A stretch of DNA of 64,000 nt from Candidatus Eiseniibacteriota bacterium. GTDB taxonomy: Bacteria > Eisenbacteria > RBG-16-71-46 > CAVPCR01. The stretch covers positions 32,001 through 96,000 of the forward strand of contig CAVPCR010000004.1 of the NCBI GenBank assembly GCA_963702435.1, in the 5' to 3' direction. The translations under genes and the position numbers were made by a program. This document shows, piece after piece, positions 1 through 7,682 of this stretch. The notes below the pieces were generated by a model, which was not told the DNA's origin, made no database searches, and worked only from the letters and a program-made list of their open reading frames with translations. Position 1 is the stretch's first letter. Each line of letters opens with the position of its first letter.

Positions 1-272
1 CGATCAGGGTCCAATCCCTCGCAATCGACCCTCATCCCGTGGGAAGGCACCCCACGGCGGTCCGCTTCGAGCTCGCGCAAGCCGCCCCGATCAGGCTGAT
101 TCTCTACGGTTGTGATGGACGTTCCGTGTGCATCCTCGCTACCGGGAACCACGCATCCGGCCGCCATCGCATCGAATGGGATGCGCGCGGGGTGGCGCCC
201 GGCGTGTACTTCCTGCGTCTCGAAACCGAAGGATCTGCGGCGAGTCGGAAGGTTGTCGTCCTCGACCGCTAG
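1..272 (+). CDS. 3' end of secreted protein with FlgD-Ig/T9SS-like C-terminal domain (integron cassette, 5'-truncated by window)
   Basis: Open frame from window edge: ...PHPVGRHPTAVRFEL...LYGCDGRSV...IEWDARGVAPGVYFLRL...RKVVVLDR*; followed by attC at 298. Confidence 0.8.
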   Translation, partial: IRVQSLAIDPHPVGRHPTAVRFELAQAAPIRLILYGCDGRSVCILATGNHASGRHRIEWDARGVAPGVYFLRLETEGSAASRKVVVLDR

Positions 273-297
273 CTTGGCGACCGTTTCGTCGCCCAGC

Positions 298-458
298 GCA
301 TAACACGCGTCCTGGCGGCTCCGCTCGCTGCGCTCGCTCCGCGTAACCCGGCGCTCTCCGTCACGGCGCTTGCACGATCCGCCGGCATCGACCGGTAGTG
401 AAGGTGGTGGCAAGCGCCGCGCCGGGCGCCGGGTTCGCCGGCCACGGTATCGTTTTGC
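298..458 (+). repeat. attC-like site 1 (161 bp)
   Basis: GCATAAC...GTTTTGC termini, imperfect inverted repeat, homologous to other copies. Confidence 0.85.
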
Positions 459-554
459 GTCAACCCCTGCCACCATCTCCACCACAACCGGGGCCCGCGG
501 CTCCCTTGATGTGGCGAGGCGATCTCGCTACAATCGCGCCACGAGGTGAATCCA

Positions 555-749
555 ATGGAACTGTCTCTCAAGCTCACACAGGCTCAGGAACGCCAGCTGG
601 CGGATATCGCCGCTCGCCTTCACGTCTCACCATCTGACCTCGCCGCCGCTGCGATCCGCGACCTCCTTTCACACCCCGACGACGCTTTCACCGAGGCTGC
701 CGAGCGCGTGCTGGCCAAAAATCTCGAGCTCTATAGGCGGTTGGCGTAA
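555..749 (+). CDS. Putative antitoxin (small DNA-binding protein) paired with Doc
   Basis: GAGGTG RBS then ATG; ends ...AAERVLAKNLELYRRLA, directly abutting doc. Confidence 0.75.
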   Translation: MELSLKLTQAQERQLADIAARLHVSPSDLAAAAIRDLLSHPDDAFTEAAERVLAKNLELYRRLA

Positions 750-1148
750 GTGCGCTACCTCACGCTGGCCGAAGTCCTTGAACTCCACCAGTTGCTCGTT
801 CAACGCACTGGCGGCGCTGCTGGCGTTCGGGACTTCGGGGCACTCGAGTCAGCCATCGCCCAGGCGCGGCAGTCTTTCCAGGGTGCCGATTTCTACCCCG
901 AGATCGAGGACAAGGCGGCAGCTCTCGGCTACTTCATCATCAGCGGGCACCCCTTTGTTGACGGCAACAAGAGGGTCGGGCATGCCGCCATGGAGGTTCT
1001 GCTGCTTCTCAACAACAGGCGTGTAGATGCGTCCGTCGACGACAGCGAGCACATCGTTCTCGAGATCGCTAACGGCCGCTGCTCACGCGACCAGCTCGCC
1101 CATTGGCTTCGCGCACACACCTCACCTATCTCGACCGAATCTCCCTGA
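750..1148 (+). CDS. doc: Doc/Fic family toxin
   Basis: Fic/Doc motif HPFVDGNKRVG; GVRDFGALESA. Confidence 0.92.
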   Translation: MRYLTLAEVLELHQLLVQRTGGAAGVRDFGALESAIAQARQSFQGADFYPEIEDKAAALGYFIISGHPFVDGNKRVGHAAMEVLLLLNNRRVDASVDDSEHIVLEIANGRCSRDQLAHWLRAHTSPISTESP

Positions 1149-1192
1149 AGCACAGGCTTTCACCTCTGGCTGTGTCCTCCTCGCGGGTTGAC

Positions 1193-1352
1193 GCAAAACA
1201 CGCGGCCTGGCGGCTCCGCTCGCTGCGCTCGCTCCGCTGCAACCCGGCGCTCTCCGTCACGGCGCTTGCCGTGACGGAGAGCGCTGGAATCCACCTTGCT
1301 GCGGCAAGCGCCGTGCCCGGCGCCGGGTTCGCCAACCGCGCTATCGTTATGC
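1193..1352 (+). repeat. attC-like site 2 (160 bp)
   Basis: GCAAAAC...GTTATGC; GGGTTGACGCAAAAC is the exact reverse complement of the cassette start GTTTTGCGTCAACCC at 452. Confidence 0.9.
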
Positions 1353-1631
1353 GTCCTGGCCTCGTCTCAGCTACCTTGGTTGCCGCCTCCTTCTCACCTT
1401 TACTGCAGCGCCGGTAGCTCCGCTGTGAAGAAGACCAAAACAGGGGTCCCGTCACCACCGCTGTCCACGTCCCCTGCCACCTTGCTTTTCGCGCGGCACG
1501 TTGCGCCGCGCGCTTCGCATTCACCTCCATCGCTCCGGCCAGCTCGCTCCCTGGTTGCTTCTGCATGGAGTGGTCGAGGGGGTGGTGTCAGGTCCGGGCG
1601 TGCCGCTGGCGTTCACCTTCCAGCGGCTTCC

Positions 1632-1742
1632 GCCGCCCTTCCGTCACGGCGCTTGCTTGCTTGGGTGCTGCTGCTATCTCCGCTCCCGTCGCGGCAAGCG
1701 CCGCGCCGAGCGGCGGGTTCAGCAGCCACGGTATCGTTAAGC
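1632..1742 (+). repeat. attC-like site 3, 5'-degenerate
   Basis: Retains CCGTCACGGCGCTTGC...GCAAGCGCC...GGGTTCAGCAGCCACGGTATCGTTAAGC; left arm eroded. Confidence 0.7.
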
Positions 1743-1882
1743 GCCGTCCGCTCGGCACTCCTGAGCTGCCATCATCGGTTGGCAGCTTGGCCCGTCCCAA
1801 CCATGGACCCTTACGAGCCCCTACCATCGGCCACTGCCGCTGCCTTGACCAAGCACGCCGCTTTCGCTAGCCTTGGAAGGCC

Positions 1883-2134
1883 ATGAACTACCGAAACATC
1901 ATCACGATCGAGTCCGGGAAGCGTGGTGGCAAGCCTTGCATCCGCGGGTTGCGCATTACCGTCTACGACGTCCTCGAGTACCTTGCCTCCGGCATGACCG
2001 AGGGTGAGATCTTGGCTGACTTCCCCGACCTCACCCTTGAGGACATCCGCGCCTGCCTGGCTTTTGCTGCCGATCGAGAACGACGTTTTGTCTCCGTCCC
2101 TGAGCCGAGAGACTCCGCTGCGCCTCCTCTTTGA
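1883..2134 (+). CDS. DUF433 family antitoxin
   Basis: GKRGGKPCIRGLRITVYDVLEYLASGM...EDIRACLAFAA. Confidence 0.92.
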   Translation: MNYRNIITIESGKRGGKPCIRGLRITVYDVLEYLASGMTEGEILADFPDLTLEDIRACLAFAADRERRFVSVPEPRDSAAPPL

Positions 2135-2450
2135 TCAGAACTTATCGCCTCGCCTTGTGCAGGCAATTGCTGACCTCTTTCCGGGCTCGGCTCACGTTCG
2201 TGACATCGGATTGGCCACTGCCGACGATGACGACGTGTGGTCCTACGCGGCCACCCATGACTTCGCGATCGTCTCCAAAGATGCCGACTTCCACCAACGC
2301 AGCTTCCTCTTCGGACACCCTCCGAAGGTCATTTGGGTCCGCCTTGGCAATTGCTCTACAGCCGACGTCATCGCGCTCCTGCGTACGCGGGCGCGCGACA
2401 TCCTTGCCTTCGACAGCGATCCCGGCGGGTCCTTTCTCGAACTACGCTGA
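2118..2450 (+). CDS. DUF5615 PIN-like toxin (VapC45-like); probable CTG start
   Basis: (M)RLLFDQNLSP...IVSKDADF...GHPPKVIWVRLGNCST. Confidence 0.88.
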   Translation: MRLLFDQNLSPRLVQAIADLFPGSAHVRDIGLATADDDDVWSYAATHDFAIVSKDADFHQRSFLFGHPPKVIWVRLGNCSTADVIALLRTRARDILAFDSDPGGSFLELR

Positions 2451-2480
2451 TCACGGCCATCTCAGTAACGTGGACGGCGC

Positions 2481-2639
2481 TTGTAACACGCGGCCTGGCG
2501 GCTCCGCTCGCTGCGCTCGCTCCGCTGCAACCCGGCGCTTTCCGTCGCGGCGCTTGCCGTGACGGGCCGCGCTGGGGGCCTCGCTTCTATGGCAAGCGCC
2601 GTGCCGGCGCCGGGTTCGCCAGTCGCGGTATCGATACGC
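2481..2639 (+). repeat. attC-like site 4
   Basis: TTGTAAC...; right end GATACGC (TT lost from GTT core). Confidence 0.8.
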
Positions 2640-2714
2640 CGGTCCACAGGCCCTCCTCGGCTCAAGCCAGAACCGTGCTGGCGCCAGGAGCCTGTGCCGC
2701 GGTAGACTCCTGCC

Positions 2715-2996
2715 GTGAGCTACGAATTCGAATGGGATCGCTCGAAGGCCACGGCCAACCTCCTCAAGCACGGCGTGGCGTTCGAGGAAGCCGTCACCGT
2801 CTTCGCGGATCCCTTGGCCATCAACATGCCCGATCCTGCTCATTCCGCCGATGAGGAACGCTTCTTGCTGCTCGGGACCTCGGCTCAGCAGCATCTCCTC
2901 GTCGTGGCGTACGCGGAGCGCGGGCGGCGCACTCGTCTGATCAGTGCGCGCAAAGCCACGAGGCGCGAACGAAACCGATATGAAGAAGAAGCCTAG
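2715..2996 (+). CDS. brnT: BrnT family toxin
   Basis: FEWDRSKATANLLKHGVAFEEAVTVF...RLISARKATRRER. Confidence 0.93.
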   Translation: MSYEFEWDRSKATANLLKHGVAFEEAVTVFADPLAINMPDPAHSADEERFLLLGTSAQQHLLVVAYAERGRRTRLISARKATRRERNRYEEEA

Positions 2997-3240
2997 GCCT
3001 TCAACAGCCAAAGACCCCGATCGTGACACTATGAGGGCGGAGTACGACTTTTCGAGCGGTGTCCGCGGTGTGACCGCGGCGCGCTACGCTCGGGGGACCA
3101 ACGTCGTAGTGTTGGATCCTGACGTCAAGCGTCTTTTCCCGACGTCTGCTGCCGTGAACGACGCCCTACGGGCGTTGGCGGCCATCGCCCAGCGGGCATC
3201 GCGATCGCGACGACGAAGCGCCTCCGCAAATCCGAGCTGA
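2980..3240 (+). CDS. brnA: BrnA-like antitoxin
   Basis: MRAEYDFSSGVRG...VVLDPDV...FPTSAAVNDALRAL; overlaps brnT end. Confidence 0.8.
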   Translation: MKKKPRPSTAKDPDRDTMRAEYDFSSGVRGVTAARYARGTNVVVLDPDVKRLFPTSAAVNDALRALAAIAQRASRSRRRSASANPS

Positions 3241-3345
3241 GAGCCTGAAGTGACCGGGGCCCTGCAGGTTACTCGTCGACCTGCTTGACTTCCTCGCCCC
3301 AAACGCTGCCCGGTCCTGATCTTGAAGACGCTGCCCTGGCCCGGC

Positions 3346-3503
3346 GTATAACACGCGGCCTGGCGGCTCCGCTCGCTGCGCTCGCTTCGCCCAACCCGGC
3401 GCTTTCCGTCACGGCGCTTGCCGTGACGGGCCGCGCTGGAGGCCTCCTTGCTGTGGCAAGCGCCGCGCCGGCGCCGGGTTCGCCAGCCGCGGTATCGTTA
3501 TGC
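3346..3503 (+). repeat. attC-like site 5 (158 bp)
   Basis: GTATAAC...GTTATGC inverted repeat. Confidence 0.88.
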
Positions 3504-3550
3504 GCGCAGCCCCTTGTCCGCACAGGCAGCGGCAGAGAAGGAGACCCCCC

Positions 3551-4903
3551 ATGAAAGCGCTTGCTTTGCTTCTGATCATCGCCATGTGCCTCCCCGCGTC
3601 CGCAGCGGCCACGCGCCGCGTGCCAGCCGATTACCCAACGATCCAGGCAGGTATCGATGCCGCGCTCAGCAGCCTCGATACCGTCCTCGTCGCCCCTGGC
3701 ACCTACTTCGAGAACCTCGTCACCCGCGGTATACCGATCACGCTGGTGAGCGAGGCCGGGCCGGCCGCCACCATCATCGACGGCTCCAACCCCGACGACC
3801 CCGACTCCGCGAGCGTCATCTTGGCGTTGAGCGCCCTGACCATCGAGGGCTTCACCATCACCGGCGGCTCGGGCACGATGTCGGTACCAGACTACCTAGC
3901 AGGGGGAGGGCTCGCCCTTCGCGGCGCGGCGACGATCCGCGGCAACTGGATCACCGAGAATCACGTCATCTCACCCCGCGGCTATGGCGGAGGCATCGAG
4001 ATATCACAGGTTCCTGATTATCTAAACTTGCGCATTATCGGGAACCGCATCTACTCGAACTCGGCCCGTGACGGCGGTGCCATCTTCAACGCTGCGTGGA
4101 GCGCTCATCTCGAGAACAACGTCATCTACGACAACCATGCGTCCAACTTCTGCGGGGCGCTGCTGGATGACAGAATAAACGCCACTCAGCTCCGCAATAT
4201 ATACGCTTGCAACGGGAGTGGGACCGGGCCAACCGCCGTCTATGGGTGCCGCGAGGTCCGGAGCTGCACCTTCGTCAGCAACGTGGGAAGCTCGCCCGCG
4301 CTCTCTACGGTGTTAAGGACCCATAACTCGATCTATGCATTCAACATCGGCGGAGGCCTCAGTTGCATTAACTCGAGTCACTCCTGTAACGACATCTTCG
4401 GGAACACGCCGTACGACGTTCATCCAGACTGCCGTCTTGTCATCGGACAGAGTGGGAACATCTCGGTGGACCCCTCCTTCGGCGATGCCGACAGCTGTGC
4501 TGCCAGCTACTGCTTGAGCCCGGGTTCGCCGCTGCTGCCGGAGAACTCGCCTCCCGGCTGCGGCCTGATCGGCGCCCGCGGTGCGTGCGAGGTGCTGGCG
4601 ATCGACGCCCTGACGAGCCCCGACTTCGCAACCGGACCTCTTCTCGCCCGTCCCAACCCGCTCCATCCCACCACCACGCTGAGCTTCGTCCTGGGCGCAC
4701 CTCGCCATGTCGAACTCAACATCGTGGACGCCAAGGGGCGAGTGATCAGGCGTCTCGTGAACCGCGCTCTGCCCGCAGGGCAGCACGACGCCACGTGGGA
4801 CGGCCGCGACGAGCAGGGGAGGGAAGTCGCTTCCGGAGCGTACATCGCCGTGCTCAAGTCGCCCTCGGCCCGCCTTAGCCAGAAGCTCCTGCTCCTCAAG
4901 TAG
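3551..4903 (+). CDS. Secreted right-handed beta-helix (pectin-lyase-fold) protein with FlgD-Ig C-terminal domain (cassette)
   Basis: AAGGAG RBS, signal peptide, VPADYPTIQAGIDAA...VLVAPGTY, GGG/N-rich repeats, PNP...WDGRDEQGREVASGAY tail. Confidence 0.85.
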   Translation: MKALALLLIIAMCLPASAAATRRVPADYPTIQAGIDAALSSLDTVLVAPGTYFENLVTRGIPITLVSEAGPAATIIDGSNPDDPDSASVILALSALTIEGFTITGGSGTMSVPDYLAGGGLALRGAATIRGNWITENHVISPRGYGGGIEISQVPDYLNLRIIGNRIYSNSARDGGAIFNAAWSAHLENNVIYDNHASNFCGALLDDRINATQLRNIYACNGSGTGPTAVYGCREVRSCTFVSNVGSSPALSTVLRTHNSIYAFNIGGGLSCINSSHSCNDIFGNTPYDVHPDCRLVIGQSGNISVDPSFGDADSCAASYCLSPGSPLLPENSPPGCGLIGARGACEVLAIDALTSPDFATGPLLARPNPLHPTTTLSFVLGAPRHVELNIVDAKGRVIRRLVNRALPAGQHDATWDGRDEQGREVASGAYIAVLKSPSARLSQKLLLLK

Positions 4904-4927
4904 TCCCCCATGGGTGCCTGGCTGCGC

Positions 4928-5088
4928 GCATAACACGCGGCCTGGCGGCTCCGCTCGCTGCGCTCGCTTCGCTGCAACCCGGCGCTCTCCGCCACGGCGC
5001 TTGCCGTAACGGGCTGCGCTGAAGGCTCCCTTGCTGCGGCAAGCGCCGCGCCGGGGCGGCGGGTTCAGCAGCCACGGTATCGTTAAGC
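4928..5088 (+). repeat. attC-like site 6 (161 bp)
   Basis: GCATAAC...GTTAAGC; GGCTGCGCGCATAAC is the exact reverse complement of the cassette start at 3497. Confidence 0.9.
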
Positions 5089-5268
5089 GCACCTCGCTCG
5101 GGTGCTCGGGAAAAGCGTCGCCTGAGCCTCCGCCCGCCCCTTTCACTGCCTGCTTGGCGCTTCCGCCTCCCTTGCGTACACTAAACGCCGATCCGAGCCC
5201 CGAGGGCTCGCTCGACCGGTGGGGCTGGGAGGAAACTCTCCTCGCGCTCTGAACCGCAGGAGGCAAGG

Positions 5269-5529
5269 CTGCGACGCCGAGATTGGCCCCCCTGGTGGAC
5301 TTGGGAGCTCGAACTGAGTCCCCACTTGCTCAAGCGCATGGTGGATCGCCGGTTCTCCGAAATCGACCCGAGGGCCATGCTCGAGCGCGCATCAGCCTGT
5401 CGGAGCCATGTCACACCAGGGCGGTGGGTCATCGAAACCCGGCTTCGGCAGCGGCGGTGGCAGGTCATCGTCGAGTCTGACACCGCCTCCGAATTGCTGA
5501 TGGTGGTAGTCACCGCCTATCCGTTCTGA
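5269..5529 (+). CDS. DUF4258-like putative toxin; probable CTG start
   Basis: AGGAGG at 5258 then in-frame CTG; WPPWWTWELELSPHLLKRMVDRRF...LLMVVVTAYPF. Confidence 0.65.
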   Translation: MRRRDWPPWWTWELELSPHLLKRMVDRRFSEIDPRAMLERASACRSHVTPGRWVIETRLRQRRWQVIVESDTASELLMVVVTAYPF

Positions 5530-5540
5530 GAGAGAACACG

Positions 5541-5810
5541 ATGCACGAGCCGTATCTGGAAGTGACCTTTCGCCACGGTCGCCCTCTCGCGGCCTACTTC
5601 TACCTGCCCCGTCGTCCCGGTCAGCGCAGCTTTCGAAGCCGACCCGTTGACCCCGGGATGGTCATCGACTTCAGCCGCGGCGGTCGCCCGATCGGCATCG
5701 AAATCACCGCACCGGACAAAGTCACCCTCGCGGCGATCAACCGCGTCCTACGTGCCCTAGGATGCTCCCCTGTCAGGAAAGCCGATCTTGCCCCGCTCCG
5801 CGCCGCCTAG
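5541..5810 (+). CDS. DUF2283-like putative antitoxin
   Basis: AAYFYL...GMVIDFSRGGRPIGIEI motif. Confidence 0.75.
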   Translation: MHEPYLEVTFRHGRPLAAYFYLPRRPGQRSFRSRPVDPGMVIDFSRGGRPIGIEITAPDKVTLAAINRVLRALGCSPVRKADLAPLRAA

Positions 5811-5900
5811 TCCTGCACTGTGATCGATCCACGACCACATAGCGGACAAGTCGCATCGTCGGAGTTCGGACCCCCTGCTGCAGTGGCCGACACAAGGTGC

Positions 5901-6017
5901 GCTTAACACGCGGCTTGGCGACTGCGCTCGCTCCGCTGCAACCCGGCGCTGGAGGCCCCCTTGCTGCGGCAAGCGCCGTGCCGGGCGCCGGGTTCGCCAG
6001 CCGCGGGATCGTTATGT
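5901..6017 (+). repeat. attC-like site 7 (117 bp, internal deletion)
   Basis: GCTTAAC...GTTATGT; AGGTGCGCTTAAC is the exact reverse complement of the cassette start at 5082. Confidence 0.85.
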
Positions 6018-6045
6018 GCCCTTGGCCATGCGGCTCCGGTGTTGG

Positions 6046-6462
6046 TCAGCTCAGGTCGCGGCGCAAGTGGTGGTCAACGAAGTAGCGTGGGCGAACCACG
6101 ACAACACCACCGTAACCAGACACTTTGAGCAGCTGTTTGTCTCCGCTAACCACCAGCGGTGCCTTCCCGGCGAGAGCACATGCCAAGAACTTGTCGTCCG
6201 CTGAGTCCGCACACACTGGCTCCGGTAGATTCGGGGCGAAAACGACCGTCGCCTTCGCAATCAAATGCGCCAAGATCGGCGCCGTATCGAGCCCAGAGAC
6301 CTTTCGCTCCAGTTCCCTTCCAGCTCGCACGTACTCGTCGGTAATCTCAGGGGAGACCATGGCATCGAACTCCCCGTTACCCCACGCCTCGATCACCACG
6401 GCGGGAGCTCCCCCAAAGAAGATGCCTGACAACACGACGTTCGTGTCGACCACAACCCTCAA
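6046..6462 (-). CDS. PIN-domain (VapC-type) toxin
   Basis: MRVVVDTNVVLSG...DSADDKFLACALAG...VSGDKQLL. Confidence 0.92.
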   Translation of the reverse strand: MRVVVDTNVVLSGIFFGGAPAVVIEAWGNGEFDAMVSPEITDEYVRAGRELERKVSGLDTAPILAHLIAKATVVFAPNLPEPVCADSADDKFLACALAGKAPLVVSGDKQLLKVSGYGGVVVVRPRYFVDHHLRRDLS

Positions 6463-6722
6463 CGCCGCTTCCGGGCTGATGCCACGGCCGCCTTCACATC
6501 GCCGCGCTTGAGCCGCGCTCGGCGAGCGGACTTGCGGGCCTCGGCGATCAGCTCACTGAACTCAGCCATCGCCGGTGGCATGATCGCCTTGAGAATCACG
6601 ACGTCTCTGCTGCCAATGACGACGAACTCCGCCCCGGCTTTCAGTCCTAGACGCTTGCGCACGCTCTCGGGAATGACCACCTGGCCCTTGGAGGACATCT
6701 TGGTGGTGGTAACCGTTTCCAT
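6459..6722 (-). CDS. AbrB/MazE/SpoVT family antitoxin
   Basis: TTKMSSKGQVVIPESVRKRLGL; 4-bp overlap with PIN gene. Confidence 0.92.
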   Translation of the reverse strand: METVTTTKMSSKGQVVIPESVRKRLGLKAGAEFVVIGSRDVVILKAIMPPAMAEFSELIAEARKSARRARLKRGDVKAAVASARKRR

Positions 6723-6745
6723 TGGGCAAACCTCCTTCTGCGGTC

Positions 6746-6765
6746 GTCTTACCGGTAAGACTATA
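6746..6765 (-). promoter_or_regulatory. TA operator palindrome overlapping a -10 box
   Basis: Perfect 16-bp palindrome GTCTTACCGGTAAGAC (6746-6761) overlapping minus-strand TATAGT (6760-6765), upstream of the AbrB gene. Confidence 0.65.
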
Positions 6766-6804
6766 CGAACGGAGAGATCGCCACAAGCGGATCCTGGAGT
6801 GGCG

Positions 6805-7173
6805 TCAAAGATGAAGATCGACCGTGCCCTCGGCCAGGCTCGCCGCCGCCGACTGGTTCTTCTCGTCCAGCTCTCGATAGAGCGTCTTCAGCGCATCGCG
6901 TGCCTCGGCGTAGGTCGGGCGGTCGTAGGCCCGCTGCAACCGCTGGCGCATCGCCGCCTGCTCGCCCTTCGGCAAGTACCCGACCACATTCTCGCGCTTA
7001 TGCCACGTGCAACGCTGGATCACCACCCGGCAGGCGAAGGCCCTGGTCACCGCCGCCCGCAGGCCCTTCCCGCCGTCGATGATCACCAGCACCCCGCCCG
7101 AGATGTCGAGACCTCGCTCGAGCAGGGAGCACAGGAACGGCGTCAGCACCTTCTCGTTCTCGGTGTCGGTCTC
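6805..7173 (-). mobile_element. IS256 (Mutator) family transposase internal fragment
   Basis: LLERGL...VIIDGGKGLRAAVTRAF...IQRCTWHKRENV...SAAASLAEG; both ends missing. Confidence 0.85.
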
Positions 7174-7175
7174 GC

Positions 7176-7290
7176 GCCCAACGCGGCGCCCTCCGTCACG
7201 GCGCTTGCCGTGACGGGCCGCGCTGGAGTCCACCTTGCTGCGGCAAGCACCGTGCCGGCGCCGGGTTTGCCAGCCACGCTATCGTCATGC
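7176..7290 (+). repeat. attC-like site 8, truncated next to the IS fragment
   Basis: Inner arms retained; right end GTCATGC (GTT changed to GTC). Confidence 0.7.
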
Positions 7291-7405
7291 GGCCCGGCTC
7301 GCGCAGCCTTCCGGGAGAGGGCTGGCAGACGCGTTGCCTCTCATGTACGATCGGTCCGCGGTGCCGCTGGCACTCACGGCTACCAGCGCAGCCATTGGAA
7401 ACCCT

Positions 7406-7682
7406 ATGAACTGGCGTGACCACATTGCAGCCGACCCCCAGGTCCTCGCTGCAAAGCCCGTCGTCCGCGGCACACGGCTCTCCGTGGATTTCCTTCTCGG
7501 CTTGTTTGCCGCAGGCTGGACCGCTGGGCAGGTCATCAAGAACCACCCGAGCCTGACCCCTGACGCGCTCCGGGCCGTTCTGCCTTCGCCGCGGAGTCGC
7601 TTTGCGACGACGCTCTCTATCCCCTTCGACCCGACTTCGCGTAGTGCGCATCCTGGCCGACGATGATCTCCGTCTTGTCTAG
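7406..7682 (+). pseudogene. Decayed DUF433/DUF5615 TA pair
   Basis: MNWRDHIAADPQVLAAKPVVRGTRLSV...; 1-bp deletion near 7581 (the family-like ending AFAAESL...FA* continues in another frame); then GTG-RILADDDLRLV* stub at 7644. Confidence 0.7.

Noticed and set aside
269..6085. ORFs overlapping attC sites (repeated AVTESAGL, SERSER, TRGLAAPLAAL peptides)
   Set aside because: Translations of the repeat itself; no independent coding signal.
6805..7233. Intact IS256 element
   Set aside because: Only about 115 internal codons remain; the ORF start lies in attC sequence; no paired inverted repeats or target duplication recognised.
298..7290. Interpreting the repeats as REP/MITE elements
   Set aside because: They have a single orientation, delimit gene modules, and show cassette-end complementarity at G|TT, which fits attC.
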